Part shown: positions 38,351 to 49,522 of the stretch, in pieces
Numbering within the stretch: position 1 is the first letter of the stretch
Layout of the letters: each line of letters starts with the position of its first letter
Assembly (NCBI GenBank): GCA_963695095.1
Contig: CAVOFT010000001.1
Location: forward strand, 1,184,001 to 1,248,000
Length of the DNA: 64,000 nt
Direction of reading: 5' to 3'
Source of the DNA: an uncultured bacterium
GTDB taxonomy: Bacteria; Krumholzibacteriota; Krumholzibacteriia; JACNKJ01
Notes under the pieces: generated by a model
Seen by the model: only the letters and a program-made list of their open reading frames with translations
What the model was told of the DNA's origin: nothing
Databases searched by the model: none
Position numbers and translations under genes: made by a program

Positions 38351-39553
38351 ATGCGCAATCTCCTCGCCACGCTGAGGACGGTGCTCAGGGGCAATCGCTA
38401 CTACTATGCCTGGCTCGCCTGCCTGGCGGGCTTCATCGCGCTGGGCATCGCCGCCTACCTGCGGCAGCACGAGCAGGGCCTGATCGTCACCGCCATGCGC
38501 GACCCCGTGTCCTGGGGCTTCTACATCTCCAACTTCACCTTCCTCGTCGGCGTCGCGGCCGCGGCCGTGCTGCTGGTGGTGCCGGCCTACATCTACAACT
38601 TCAAGCCGATCAAGGAGATCGTCCTCTTCGGCGAGCTGCTGGCCGTGGCGGCCATGGTGATGTGCATGCTCTTCGTGGTGGTGGACATGGGCCACGTGGA
38701 GCGGCTCGGCCACCTGCTGCCGGTGCTGGGCACGATGAACTTTCCCGCCTCCCTGCTCGCCTGGGACATCCTGGCCCTCAGCGGCTACCTGCTGATCAAC
38801 CTGTTCATCTCCTTCTATGCCCTCTACAAGATGGCCCACAGCCGCGACTACAGCCTGAGCATCATCAAGCCGCTGATCATCCTGTCCATTCCCTGGGCCG
38901 TGAGCATCCACACCGTGACGGCCTTTCTCTACAACGGGCTCTCGGCGCGGCCCTTCTGGAACGCCTCCATCCTGGCGCCGCGCTTCCTCGCCTCCGCCTT
39001 CTGCTCCGGCCCGGCCGTGATGATCCTCATCTTCCAGATCGTGCGCCGGGTCTCGCGCATCGAGATCGACAACAAGGCGCTCTTCAAGATCGCCGAGCTG
39101 ATCGCCTACGCGATGGGTGTGAACCTCTTCCTGCTCGCGGCGGAGTTCTTCAAGGAGTTCTACTCGGGCAGCGTTCACCTGGCGCCGATGCAGTACCTCT
39201 ACTTCGGCCTGCATGGGCACAACCAGCTCGTGCCCTGGATGTGGACCGCCTTCCTCTTCAACCTCTGCGCCTTCCTCGTCTTCCTCAATCCGCGGGCGCG
39301 GCAAAACTTCCTCACGCTCAACGTGGCCTGCGTGCTGGTCATCATCGGCGTCTACATCGAGAAGGGGATGGGCCTGGTGATCCCCGGCTTCGTGCCCAGC
39401 ACTCTGGGCGAGATCTACGACTACTCGCCCACGATGGTGGAGAAGGGCGTGACGGTGGGGATCTGGGCAGTGGGCGCGCTCGTCTACACCTTGCTGCTCA
39501 AGTTCGCGATGCCGGTCTACACGGGCGTCCTGCGCTTCTACGTCAAGGGCTGA
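38351..39553 (+). CDS. NrfD/PsrC/DsrP-family membrane subunit
   Basis: GLIVTAMRDPVSWGFYISNFTFLVG, VDMGHVER, SIHTVTAFL, LAPRFLASAF; about 10 TM helices. Confidence 0.92.
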   Translation: MRNLLATLRTVLRGNRYYYAWLACLAGFIALGIAAYLRQHEQGLIVTAMRDPVSWGFYISNFTFLVGVAAAAVLLVVPAYIYNFKPIKEIVLFGELLAVAAMVMCMLFVVVDMGHVERLGHLLPVLGTMNFPASLLAWDILALSGYLLINLFISFYALYKMAHSRDYSLSIIKPLIILSIPWAVSIHTVTAFLYNGLSARPFWNASILAPRFLASAFCSGPAVMILIFQIVRRVSRIEIDNKALFKIAELIAYAMGVNLFLLAAEFFKEFYSGSVHLAPMQYLYFGLHGHNQLVPWMWTAFLFNLCAFLVFLNPRARQNFLTLNVACVLVIIGVYIEKGMGLVIPGFVPSTLGEIYDYSPTMVEKGVTVGIWAVGALVYTLLLKFAMPVYTGVLRFYVKG

Positions 39554-39568
39554 GCGCGAGCGCGAGGC

Positions 39569-41344
39569 TCAGGCCGCGGGCTCGGGGGCGCCCGGCTCCG
39601 CCTCCTCGCGCCGGCGCAGGAGCCAGGGCGCGGCGATGAGGGCGCCGCCGTAGAGGCCGCAGTCCAGGACGAGGGCCGTCGCGTGGCTTTGCTTCAGCCC
39701 GAGCAGCAGCGCGAGCCCGCCGAGCGCCAGCACCGGGTAGACCAGCCAGGACATCTCCCGCAGCATCGCGCCCCGCCCGCCGCCGGCGAGCAGCACGGCG
39801 GCGACGGAGAGCACGGCGATGCGCGCGGCCACGGTGGCGGCGGCCAGGTCCGTCACCCCCCAGGCGCGGACGGCCTGCAGCAGCAGGCCGGTCGCGAGCC
39901 CGGCCAGGCAGACCAGCACGGCCAGTAGCACGACCAGGCGCGGCAGGCGCAGCATCCCCAGCGCGGCGCGGCGGCCCTGGGTGACGACGAGCGTGGCGTA
40001 GGTGAGCGCGGTGACTGCCAGCACGGCCAGGAGCGCCGCGCCGGGGCTCGCTGGGACCCGGCCCGCCGGCGCCAGGAAGGCGTCGAAGCCCAGGCGGAGC
40101 AGGCCGCCGTACCAGGCGGCGGCAAGCGTGAACAGGGCGCCGTGCACGCGCAGGGTGACCCGGTCGTAGCGGCCGCCCAGGTAGGCGGTGGCCAGGGCGA
40201 GCGCGCTCCAGATCAGGGCCAGGGCGCCGCCCTGGGCCAGCAGGCGGCTGCCGGTGACGATGAGCACGAAGGCGAGCGTGGTGTAGAAGATGAAGTTGCG
40301 TCCGCGGCCGAGCCGCCGGTCGACGAAGGCGAAGGCGACGAGATAGCAGGCGGCGGCGGCGATGAGCGTGACCACGCCCAGCGCGGCGCCGCCGGAGCCG
40401 ACCGCCTGCGCGATGCGCAGAGCGCCGCCGAAGCCGATCGCCAGCGCCGCTGCCGACTGGATGACCTCGAAGGGGGTGACGTCGCGGCGGCGCCAGAGCG
40501 TGCGCAGCGCGAAGCTGCCGAGGTAGACGATGAGCAGGCCGCCGGCCAGGAGCTGCGCGCGCGCGATCGAGAAGTTCGCGTAGCGCTCGGGGACGCCGAG
40601 CGGGCTGGAGGCGATGGAGACCATGAAGAAGACCATGAAGTTGGCCGCGGCGGCCACCCACCAGCGCAAGCCGCGCCACTTCTTCGCATAGCCCAGCCAG
40701 ACGCTGGCCAGGCCCAGGAGCAGGAGCAGGGCCACGGCGGGCTCGACCGCTCCCGCGGCGAAGACGAGGGCGATGGCCGTGAGCAGCGCTCCCGAGACGA
40801 AGATCCAGGCCAGCAGCTGCAGGCTCCGTCGCCAGGCGACGGCGAGGGCCACGGCGGCCATCAGCGCGGCGAGCAGGATGGCGAGCGCGGGCGCCAGGGC
40901 GCCGAAGCGCGTGGGCGCTTCGTAGAGAATCGGGAAGGCGATGAGCGCTGCGGTGACGCCGTTGACCTGGGCGCGCACGAGCTTGTCGCGCGCGGCGGCG
41001 CGATCGGCGAGATAGACCCAGACGAGAGCGTAAAGCAATCCGAGCAGGATGCCGCCGGCCAGGGGCAACAGGCGCATGTCGGTCAAGGCGCGCAGCAGGA
41101 AGGCGCCGGCCATCACGAGGAAGGCGCGCCCGAGATCGCCGACCGTGAGGCCAGGAAGCGCCGGGCGAATGCCGCCCACGGGCTCGGCTGCGCCCACGGC
41201 GAGTTCCGGGATCGACGGCGTCGTCGCGGCCAGCGGCGTGGCGGCGAGTCCGCCTTCCAGGCGTGCCACGCGCTGCTCGAGGCGCTCCAGCGCAGCGGTG
41301 AGCTCCGCTAGCCGATCATGGCCGGGGATCTGGTTCGCGCTCAT
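39569..41344 (-). CDS. Polytopic membrane protein (DUF2339-like)
   Basis: N-terminal coiled coil LERLEQRVARLE, then many TM helices; GGAGG RBS. Confidence 0.7.
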   Translation of the reverse strand: MSANQIPGHDRLAELTAALERLEQRVARLEGGLAATPLAATTPSIPELAVGAAEPVGGIRPALPGLTVGDLGRAFLVMAGAFLLRALTDMRLLPLAGGILLGLLYALVWVYLADRAAARDKLVRAQVNGVTAALIAFPILYEAPTRFGALAPALAILLAALMAAVALAVAWRRSLQLLAWIFVSGALLTAIALVFAAGAVEPAVALLLLLGLASVWLGYAKKWRGLRWWVAAAANFMVFFMVSIASSPLGVPERYANFSIARAQLLAGGLLIVYLGSFALRTLWRRRDVTPFEVIQSAAALAIGFGGALRIAQAVGSGGAALGVVTLIAAAACYLVAFAFVDRRLGRGRNFIFYTTLAFVLIVTGSRLLAQGGALALIWSALALATAYLGGRYDRVTLRVHGALFTLAAAWYGGLLRLGFDAFLAPAGRVPASPGAALLAVLAVTALTYATLVVTQGRRAALGMLRLPRLVVLLAVLVCLAGLATGLLLQAVRAWGVTDLAAATVAARIAVLSVAAVLLAGGGRGAMLREMSWLVYPVLALGGLALLLGLKQSHATALVLDCGLYGGALIAAPWLLRRREEAEPGAPEPAA

Positions 41345-41589
41345 GCTGCCTCCGATCTGGTGCGGTGCCGCTCCCCCGCCCTTCCTGGTTATTCAAGTCA
41401 ATTCAGATCGTTTAGCCCTTTTTTATCGCAGCAATTCTCCTACCCTGCACTCCCTTCCTCATGTCGGCATGATATCCGATGATTTCATGCATCATTGAGC
41501 GAAAGCAAGGCGTTTATCGGGTGGGAGCGGCGGAGCGGCCGACGATTTCGAGTCCCGGCGACGCTCCAGAATGAGGGCGAGGAGGGGGC

Positions 41590-41630
41590 TTGACGAGGGG
41601 AGGGGAATCGTCAATCATACGAACGTATGA
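41590..41630 (+). promoter_or_regulatory. Promoter and TetR operator palindrome overlapping the tetR start codon
   Basis: TTGACG at 41590; perfect inverted repeat TCATACG-AA-CGTATGA (41615-41630) containing the ATG. Confidence 0.65.
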
Positions 41631-42238
41631 ATCAAACCCAGAGCACTCGCGACACGATCCTGGACGAAGCCCGCCGGCTCTTCGCCAGCCGGGGCTTCGG
41701 CGGCGCCTCCGTGCGGGCGATCACCGGGGCCGCCGGCGTCAACCTGGGGGCGATCGGCTATCACTTCGGCTCCAAGGAGGCCCTCTACCACGCCGTCCTC
41801 GCGGGGATCTGGGCCGAGGCCGGCGAGGCCATCCAGTGCGAGGCCGGGCGCCCGGAGCCGCCCCTGGAGCGCATCGAGGGCATCCTGCGCCTCATCTTCG
41901 CCAATCTCGCCGGCCAGCCCGATCTCGCCGGCCTCGTGCTGCGCGAGCTGGCCGAGCCGCGGGGCGTCCCCGAGCCCCTGCGCGCGCAGGTGGCCCGGCT
42001 CGCCCTCACCCTGCGCGAGCTCCTCGTCGCCGGGCAGGCCGAGGGCAGCATCGTCGCCGGGGACGCCCAGCTGCTGATCCTGAGCATCGTCGCCCAGCCC
42101 TTTCACGTGCTTGCCCTGCGCAACAAGATGCGCGAGGTGCTGGGTCTGCCTGCGGACGACCCGGCCGTCTTCGCGCGGGTGGTGGACAATGCCGTGGCCT
42201 TCGTGCGCCGCGGCCTGAGCCCTGAGGGGAGGACCTGA
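41627..42238 (+). CDS. TetR/AcrR family regulator (CecR/YbiH-like)
   Basis: TRDTILDEARRLFASRGFGGASVRAITGAAGVNLGAIGYHFGSKEALY. Confidence 0.93.
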   Translation: MNQTQSTRDTILDEARRLFASRGFGGASVRAITGAAGVNLGAIGYHFGSKEALYHAVLAGIWAEAGEAIQCEAGRPEPPLERIEGILRLIFANLAGQPDLAGLVLRELAEPRGVPEPLRAQVARLALTLRELLVAGQAEGSIVAGDAQLLILSIVAQPFHVLALRNKMREVLGLPADDPAVFARVVDNAVAFVRRGLSPEGRT

Positions 42239-43572
42239 TGACCCCGCGCCGATTCCTGCTGCCGATCGCCCTGATCCCCGCGCTGCTGCTTCCGGCAGCC
42301 GGGCAGGCGGGGGAGCCGCTTCGACTCGAGGCCGCCGTCGAGGCAGCGCTCGCCAGCCATCCCGCGCTCGCCGCCGCGCGGGCGGAGGCCGAACTCGCCC
42401 GCGCCGCCCTGCGCGAGAGCCGAGCCGCCTGGCTGCCCTCGCTCAGTTTGACCGGCTCGGCCACGCGCTTCGAGGAGCCGATGGTGGCCACGCCCATCCA
42501 CGGCTTCGCGCCGGGCAGCCTGCCCGTCTTCGATCGTACGCTGATGCAGGGCGCGGGCTCGCTCAGCTACACGCTCTTCGATGGCCCCACCCGCCCCGCC
42601 CGCATCCGCCAGGCGCGGGCCGGCGCCGCGGGGGCGGCGGCCCGCCTCGACGCGGACGGGCAAGCGCTCGCGGCCCGCAGCGTCCAGGCCTACCTGGAGG
42701 TGCTCAGCCAGGCCGAACTGCTGGATGCCCAGGCGGCCCGCCTGGCGGCCCTTGCCGCCGAGGCCGACCGCATCGGCCAGCGGCGCGCCCTCGGCAAGGC
42801 CGCCGCCGTCGAGGCGCTGCGCCTGGACGCCACCCTGGCCGCCGCTGAGGCGGAGCGCGTGCACCTGGCCGGCGCCCTCGACCTGGCCGAGCGGGAGCTG
42901 GCGCGGCTGACCGGCCGCCCCCTCGCGGATTGTCGGCGCGCGCAGCTGCTGCCGGTTGCGCGGGCTCCCGGCGGGACCCTGCCGCCCGAGAGCGAGACGA
43001 TGGGCTCGCCCGCCCTCGTCGAGGGCGTGGCGCGAGTGGCGGGCGCGGCAGCCGGCGTCAGTCTCGCCCGTGGCGCGCGCTGGCCGCAGCTCAAGCTCTC
43101 CGCCGCCCTCGTCGCTTACGACAGTCCTGAGATCGAGCCCCTCGGCGAGTGGAACGCGGGGCTGAGCGTCTCGCTGCCCCTCTTCACGGGCGGGGCCATC
43201 AAGGCGCGCGTCGCCCAGGCCGAGGCGGCGCTGACGGCGAGCCGCGAGCGCCTGGCCGCGCTGCGCCTGCAGAGCGCGGCCGAGGCCGAGCGCGCGCGGC
43301 GGGCCATGGCCGAGGCAGGTGCCCGCGCGTTCAGCTTCGAGCGCGCTGTGGCGGGTTTCGCCGAGGTCGAGCGCATCGAGCGGCTCGCGCTGGAGGTGGG
43401 CACCGGCGACAGCGCCCGCTATCTGGATGCCGAGGCCTCGCTCGCCGCCGCCCGGGCCGGCCTCATCGAAACCCGTCACCGTGAGATCGCCGCCCGCGTG
43501 GAGCTCGCCCGCGCTGTGGGCGAACTGGATGTCGCCTGGATCCTTCGCGAACTGGAGCACGCCCATGACTAA
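42238..43572 (+). CDS. TolC family outer membrane efflux protein
   Basis: Signal peptide, LEAAVEAALASHP, WLPSLSL, LSVSLPLFTGG. Confidence 0.88.
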   Translation: MTPRRFLLPIALIPALLLPAAGQAGEPLRLEAAVEAALASHPALAAARAEAELARAALRESRAAWLPSLSLTGSATRFEEPMVATPIHGFAPGSLPVFDRTLMQGAGSLSYTLFDGPTRPARIRQARAGAAGAAARLDADGQALAARSVQAYLEVLSQAELLDAQAARLAALAAEADRIGQRRALGKAAAVEALRLDATLAAAEAERVHLAGALDLAERELARLTGRPLADCRRAQLLPVARAPGGTLPPESETMGSPALVEGVARVAGAAAGVSLARGARWPQLKLSAALVAYDSPEIEPLGEWNAGLSVSLPLFTGGAIKARVAQAEAALTASRERLAALRLQSAAEAERARRAMAEAGARAFSFERAVAGFAEVERIERLALEVGTGDSARYLDAEASLAAARAGLIETRHREIAARVELARAVGELDVAWILRELEHAHD

Positions 43573-44563
43573 GCGACGCCGCCTCGCCATCGCAGTCCCC
43601 CTGCTCCTCCTGCTGGTCGCCCTCGCCGTTCTGCTCATCCGGCGCGGCGGCAAGGACGACGGGCTGCTCCTTGCCTCGGGCACCGTCGAGGCCACCGAGG
43701 CCCGACTGGGCTTCCAGGCCGTGGGCAGGCTCGAAAGCGTGGCCGTGCAGGAGGGGGAGGCCGTCCGCGCGGGCCAGGAGCTGGCCGCCCTCGATCGCCG
43801 GGAGCCGCGCGCGCGCCTGGAGGCCGCCCAGGCCCAGGCGGCTGCCGCGCGGGCGCTGCTGGCCGAGCTCGAAGCCGGCGCCCGACCGGAGGAACTGGCC
43901 CAGGCGCAGGCTGCGCTGGCCGCCGCCCGCGATCGCGAAGCGGATGCCCGCCGCGACGCCGAGCGCGTGGCCCGGCTCCATGCCGGCGGCGCGGTCAGCC
44001 AGGAGGCCGACGACAAGGCGCGCCTGGCCGTGGACCTCGCGGCGAGCCAGGCCGAACAGGCCGCGCAGCAGCTGGCCTTGCTCAGAGCCGGCGCGCGACC
44101 CGAGCGCCTGGCCGCCCAGCGCGCCCTGGTCGAGCAGGCGGAGGCGGCGGCCCGCGCCCTCGAGGCCGGCCTGGCGACGATGGCGATCCAGGCTCCCATC
44201 GCCGGGGTCGTCACGCTGCGCCACCGCGAGCCCGGCGAGATCGTCGCCCTGGGCTCGCCGGTGATCAGCCTCATGGACCCGCGCGATCGCTGGGTGCGCA
44301 TCTTCGTGCCCGAGACGCGCGTGGGCGCCCTGCGCCTGGGCCAGCGGGCCGAGATCCGCGGCGACAGCTTCCCCGACCGCCGCTACGAGGGCGAGGTGGT
44401 GATGATCGCCAGCGAGGCCGAGTTCACGCCGCGCAGCGTGCAGACCACCGAGGAGCGCGTGAAGCTGGTATACGCGGTGAAGGTGCGCATCCTGGGCGAC
44501 GAGACGGGCGACCTCAAGCCCGGCATGCCGGCCGATCTGCGCCTGGACCTGGAGCCCCGATGA
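43565..44563 (+). CDS. HlyD family membrane fusion protein (YbhG-like)
   Basis: ASGTVEATE, APIAGVV, IASEAEFTPRSVQTTEERVKLVYAVKV, LKPGMPAD. Confidence 0.92.
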   Translation: MTKRRRLAIAVPLLLLLVALAVLLIRRGGKDDGLLLASGTVEATEARLGFQAVGRLESVAVQEGEAVRAGQELAALDRREPRARLEAAQAQAAAARALLAELEAGARPEELAQAQAALAAARDREADARRDAERVARLHAGGAVSQEADDKARLAVDLAASQAEQAAQQLALLRAGARPERLAAQRALVEQAEAAARALEAGLATMAIQAPIAGVVTLRHREPGEIVALGSPVISLMDPRDRWVRIFVPETRVGALRLGQRAEIRGDSFPDRRYEGEVVMIASEAEFTPRSVQTTEERVKLVYAVKVRILGDETGDLKPGMPADLRLDLEPR

Positions 44564-45482
44564 GCGAGTTCGCGCTCGCGGCCCGGGGCCTGGCGCGCCG
44601 CTTCGGCGATCTCATCGCCGTGGCCGGGCTCGACTTCACGGTGGGCAGGGGCGAGCTCTTCGGCATCGTCGGCCCGGACGGCGCCGGCAAGACGACGACC
44701 CTGCGCATGCTGGCCGGCGTGCTCAGGCCCAGCGCGGGCGATGCCGAGATCCTCGGTCTGTCCGTGCGCCGCGAGCCCGAGCGCCTGAAGGCCCGCATCG
44801 CCTACATGTCGCAGCGCTTCGGCCTCTACGGCGACCTCACCGTGCGCGAGAACCTGGACTTCTACGCCGACCTCTACGGCGTGCCGAGCGCCGAGCGGCC
44901 GGCGCGCCTGGCGCGGCTCTACGAGTTCTCGGGCCTCGGGCCCTTCCAGGGCCGACTGGCCGGCCAGCTCTCGGGCGGCATGAAGCAGAAGCTCGGCCTC
45001 TCCTGCGCGCTGGTGCACGAGCCGGAGCTGCTCCTGCTCGATGAGCCCACCTTCGGCGTCGATCCCGTCTCGCGGCGGGACCTCTGGCTCATCGTCCACG
45101 AGATGGTGGCCCGAGGAGTCACGGTGATCGTCAGCACGGCCTACCTCGACGAGGCCGAGCGCTGCGACCGGGTGGCCCTGCTCCACCAGGGGCGGCTGCT
45201 CGCGCTCGACACGCCGGCGGCGCTGAAGGCCGCTCTGCCCGGTGCGCTCTTCGCATTGCGTGGAGACGGGCTGCGCGAAGCGCGGCGCCTGCTCGCCGAG
45301 GAGCCGCTGGTGCGGGGCGTGGCCGTCTTCGGCGACACCCTGCACCTGAGCCTGGACTCGCCGGCGGCCGCCGGGCCGCTGGGCGCCCGCCTGGCGGCGG
45401 CCGGCCTGGCCGAGTTCAGCCTCGCGCCCCTTGCGCCCAGTCTCGAGGACGTCTTCATCGCTCGGGTCCGGGAGGTCACGCC

Positions 45483-45486
<4 letters not shown>
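44560..45486 (+). CDS. ABC transporter ATP-binding protein (YbhF N-half-like)
   Basis: GPDGAGKTT, LSGGMKQKL, LLLDEPT. Confidence 0.93.
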
Positions 45487-46430
<944 letters not shown>

Positions 46431-46444
46431 GCGAGGAGTCGGTC

Positions 46445-47551
46445 ATGCAACTGCGTCGATTGATCGCCGTCGCCCGCAAGGAGGCCATCCAGCTCCGCCG
46501 CGACACGCGCAGCCTGATCCTGGCCTTCCTGCTGCCGGTGCTGCTGCTGATCCTCTTCGGCTACGCGATCACCTGGGACGTGGACGACATTCCCCTGGCC
46601 GTCGTCGATCTGGACCACAGCCAGGCGAGCCGCGGCCTCGTCGAGGCCTTCACCGCCTCCGGTCAGTTCCGCGCCGTGGCCTGGCCCGCTCGCGCTGCCG
46701 ATGCCGAGCCCCTGCTGGCCCGCGGCAAGGTGCGCATGGCCCTCGTCGTGCCGCGCGGCTTCGCGGCGGCGAGCGCCGCCGAGCGCGTGCCGCTGCAGGC
46801 CATCGTCGACGGCAGCGACGCCAACACGGCCGAGATCGCCATCAACTACGCGCAGGCGGCCGTGGCCGCCCACGCCCTGCGCGCGGCCGGCGGGCAGGCG
46901 CGGCCGCCCATCCTCGCCGTCAGCCGCGTCTGGTACAACGAGGAGCTGTCCAGCCGCAACATGATCGTGCCCGGCCTGATCGCCGTGATCATGATGATCA
47001 TCGCCGCCATGCTCACCGCGCTCACCATCGCCCGCGAGTGGGAACGCGGCACGATGGAGCAGCTGGCGGCCACGCCCGTCACCCGGGGCGAGATCGTGCT
47101 CGGCAAGCTGCTGCCCTATCTCGCCATCGGCCTCGCCGACGTGCTGGTGATCAGCCTGCTCGGCATCGCCCTCTTCGGCGTGCCCCTGCGCGGCAGCGTG
47201 CCGCTGCTGGCCATGCTGTCGACCGCGTTCCTCACCGGCGCGCTGGGGCTGGGCCTCTTCATCTCGGCGGTGACGCGCTCGCAGCTGCTCGCCACCCAGG
47301 TCTCGATGCTGACCAGCTTCCTGCCGGCGCTCTTGCTCTCCGGCTTCATGTACGCGATCAGCGTGATGCCCCTTCCCTTGCAAGCGATCTCCTTCCTCAT
47401 CCCCGCCCGCTACTTCCTCGTCGTCACGCGAGGCATCTTCCTCAAGGGCGTGGGCGTGGAGGTGCTCTACGTGCAGGGCCTCCTGATGATCGCTTTCGCC
47501 CTGCTCGGCGTGTTCGCCGCGATGCGGGCCTTCAAGAAGGAGCTGGGATGA
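46445..47551 (+). CDS. ABC-2 type permease (YbhS-like)
   Basis: KEAIQLRRD, WYNEEL, AREWERGTMEQL, LLSGF. Confidence 0.92.
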   Translation: MQLRRLIAVARKEAIQLRRDTRSLILAFLLPVLLLILFGYAITWDVDDIPLAVVDLDHSQASRGLVEAFTASGQFRAVAWPARAADAEPLLARGKVRMALVVPRGFAAASAAERVPLQAIVDGSDANTAEIAINYAQAAVAAHALRAAGGQARPPILAVSRVWYNEELSSRNMIVPGLIAVIMMIIAAMLTALTIAREWERGTMEQLAATPVTRGEIVLGKLLPYLAIGLADVLVISLLGIALFGVPLRGSVPLLAMLSTAFLTGALGLGLFISAVTRSQLLATQVSMLTSFLPALLLSGFMYAISVMPLPLQAISFLIPARYFLVVTRGIFLKGVGVEVLYVQGLLMIAFALLGVFAAMRAFKKELG

Positions 47552-48696
47552 GCCGCGCTTCCCTGCCGAGTCCGCGGCGAGTGCTGGAGCTGCTGCGCAA
47601 GGAGTTCATCCAGATCCGGCGCGATCCACGGCTCCTGCGCATCATCTTCGTGGCGCCGGTGATCCAGCTCGTCATCTTCGGCTACGCGGTGTCCACCGAC
47701 GTGCGCAACACCCGGCTCTTCCTCGTCGACCTGGATCAGAGCCAGGCCTCGCGCGAGCTGGTGACGGCCTTCACGGCCTCGGGCTACTTCCGCCTGAGCG
47801 GCAGCTCATCGCGGCCCGCGGACCTGGCCGCGGCTCTGGCCGCGGGCAGCGCCGTGCTCGGCCTCGAGATCCCGCGCGGCTATGGGGCGGATCTGGCGGT
47901 GGGCGAGGCCAGCGTGCAGCTTCTGCTGGACGGCACGAACTCGAACATCGCCACCATCGCCCGCGGCTACGCCGAGCGCATCGTGCAGAGCCACGGGCTG
48001 CGCGCGGCGCAGGACGGCGGGCAGGGCGCGCCGCTGGCGGCCGGCGCCGGCGCCACCGTCGAACTGCGCGAGCGCGCCTGGTACAACCCGGCGCTGGAGA
48101 GTCGCAACTACAACGTGCCGGCGGTGGTGGGGACCATCATGATGCTGATCTCGCTGCTGCTCACGTCCCTGGCCATCGTGCGCGAGCGCGAGATCGGCAC
48201 GCTCGAGCAGCTCCTGGTCAGCCCGCTGCGGCCCGGGGAGATCATCGCCGGCAAGACCCTGCCCTTCGCGATCATCGCCATGCTCGATCTCGTCGCCATC
48301 ACGGCGCTGGCCCTGCTCTGGTTCCGCGTGCCCTTCGCCGGCAGCTTCCCGCTGCTGGTGCTGGGCAGCCTGCTCTACCTGCTGGCCGCCCTCGGCCTGG
48401 GCCTGCTCGTCTCCACGGTCTCCAGCACGCAGCAGGAGGCCTTCCTCACCACCTTCCTGATCTTCATGCCGGTCATCCTGCTCTCGGGCTTCATGTTCCC
48501 GGTGAGCAGCATGCCCGCGCTCTTTCGCTGGCTCACCCTGCTCAACCCCATGCGCCACTACCTGGAGATCGTGCGGGGCATCTTCCTCAAAGGCAGCGGC
48601 CTCGGCCTGCTCTGGCCGCAGTTCCTGGCTCTGGCGGGGATGGGACTCGGTGTGCTCTGGCTGGCCGCGCGGCGCTTCCAGCGCTTGACCGGCTAG
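47548..48696 (+). CDS. ABC-2 type permease (YbhR-like)
   Basis: KEFIQIRRDP, WYNPALES, VREREIGTLEQL, LLSGFMFP. Confidence 0.92.
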   Translation: MSRASLPSPRRVLELLRKEFIQIRRDPRLLRIIFVAPVIQLVIFGYAVSTDVRNTRLFLVDLDQSQASRELVTAFTASGYFRLSGSSSRPADLAAALAAGSAVLGLEIPRGYGADLAVGEASVQLLLDGTNSNIATIARGYAERIVQSHGLRAAQDGGQGAPLAAGAGATVELRERAWYNPALESRNYNVPAVVGTIMMLISLLLTSLAIVREREIGTLEQLLVSPLRPGEIIAGKTLPFAIIAMLDLVAITALALLWFRVPFAGSFPLLVLGSLLYLLAALGLGLLVSTVSSTQQEAFLTTFLIFMPVILLSGFMFPVSSMPALFRWLTLLNPMRHYLEIVRGIFLKGSGLGLLWPQFLALAGMGLGVLWLAARRFQRLTG

Positions 48697-49346
48697 CGTG
48701 TCTGCCGCGCCTGCGCGCGGCGGCGCGCCCTCCAGCCCTCGATGGCCATGGGCACGAGCGAAAGCGCGATGATGGCGAGCACGGCGATCGAGAAGTTCTC
48801 CTTCACCACCTGCAGGCCGCCGAAGTAGTAGCCGAGCAGGGTGAAGAGCAGCACCCAGAAGCAGCCGCCGCCCACGCTGAAGGCGAGGAAGCGCAGGTAG
48901 CGCATGCGGCCAATGCCGGCCACGAAGGGCGCGAAGGTGCGCACGATGGGCACGAAGCGGGCGAGCACGAGGGTCTTGCCGCCATGGCGTTCGTAGAAGG
49001 CATGCGTGCGGTCCAGGTACTCCTGCTTGAAGAAGCGGCCGCCGCCCCGGAACACGCGCGGGCCCAGGTGGCGGCCGATCGTGTAGTTCAGGTTGTCGCC
49101 GATGACCGCAGCGGCAATGAGCAGGGGAATCAGGACCCGGATCTCCAGCGCTCCCGCGCCCGCGAGGGCGCCCGCGGCAAAGAGCAGGGAGTCGCCGGGC
49201 AGGAAGGGCGTGACGACGAGGCCCGTCTCCATGAAGACGATGCCGAAGAGGATGCCGTAGACCCAGCCGCCGTAGCTCTGCACGAGCTCGAGCAGGTGCT
49301 TGTCCACGTGGAGAATGAAGGAGAAGAGATCGGTCAGCCAGTCCAT
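48693..49346 (-). CDS. dedA: DedA family membrane protein
   Basis: FMETGLVVTPFLPGDSLLFAAG, LARFVPIVRTFAPFVAG. Confidence 0.93.
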   Translation of the reverse strand: MDWLTDLFSFILHVDKHLLELVQSYGGWVYGILFGIVFMETGLVVTPFLPGDSLLFAAGALAGAGALEIRVLIPLLIAAAVIGDNLNYTIGRHLGPRVFRGGGRFFKQEYLDRTHAFYERHGGKTLVLARFVPIVRTFAPFVAGIGRMRYLRFLAFSVGGGCFWVLLFTLLGYYFGGLQVVKENFSIAVLAIIALSLVPMAIEGWRARRRAQARQTR

Positions 49347-49522
49347 AGGCGGGTCAATATACAGAAGGCGTCGGTCGCGGCCAAGGGCCCGCAGGCCGGA
49401 ATCGCCTCCCGTGCCCCGCGTTCGCCGAGTCAGGGCTTGGCGGCGAGCTCGCGATCGTGCATGCTGGGTCGCTGCGGGCCCCGCCGCGCACTCCCCACCG
49501 ACCCCGCTCAGGAGATCGACCC

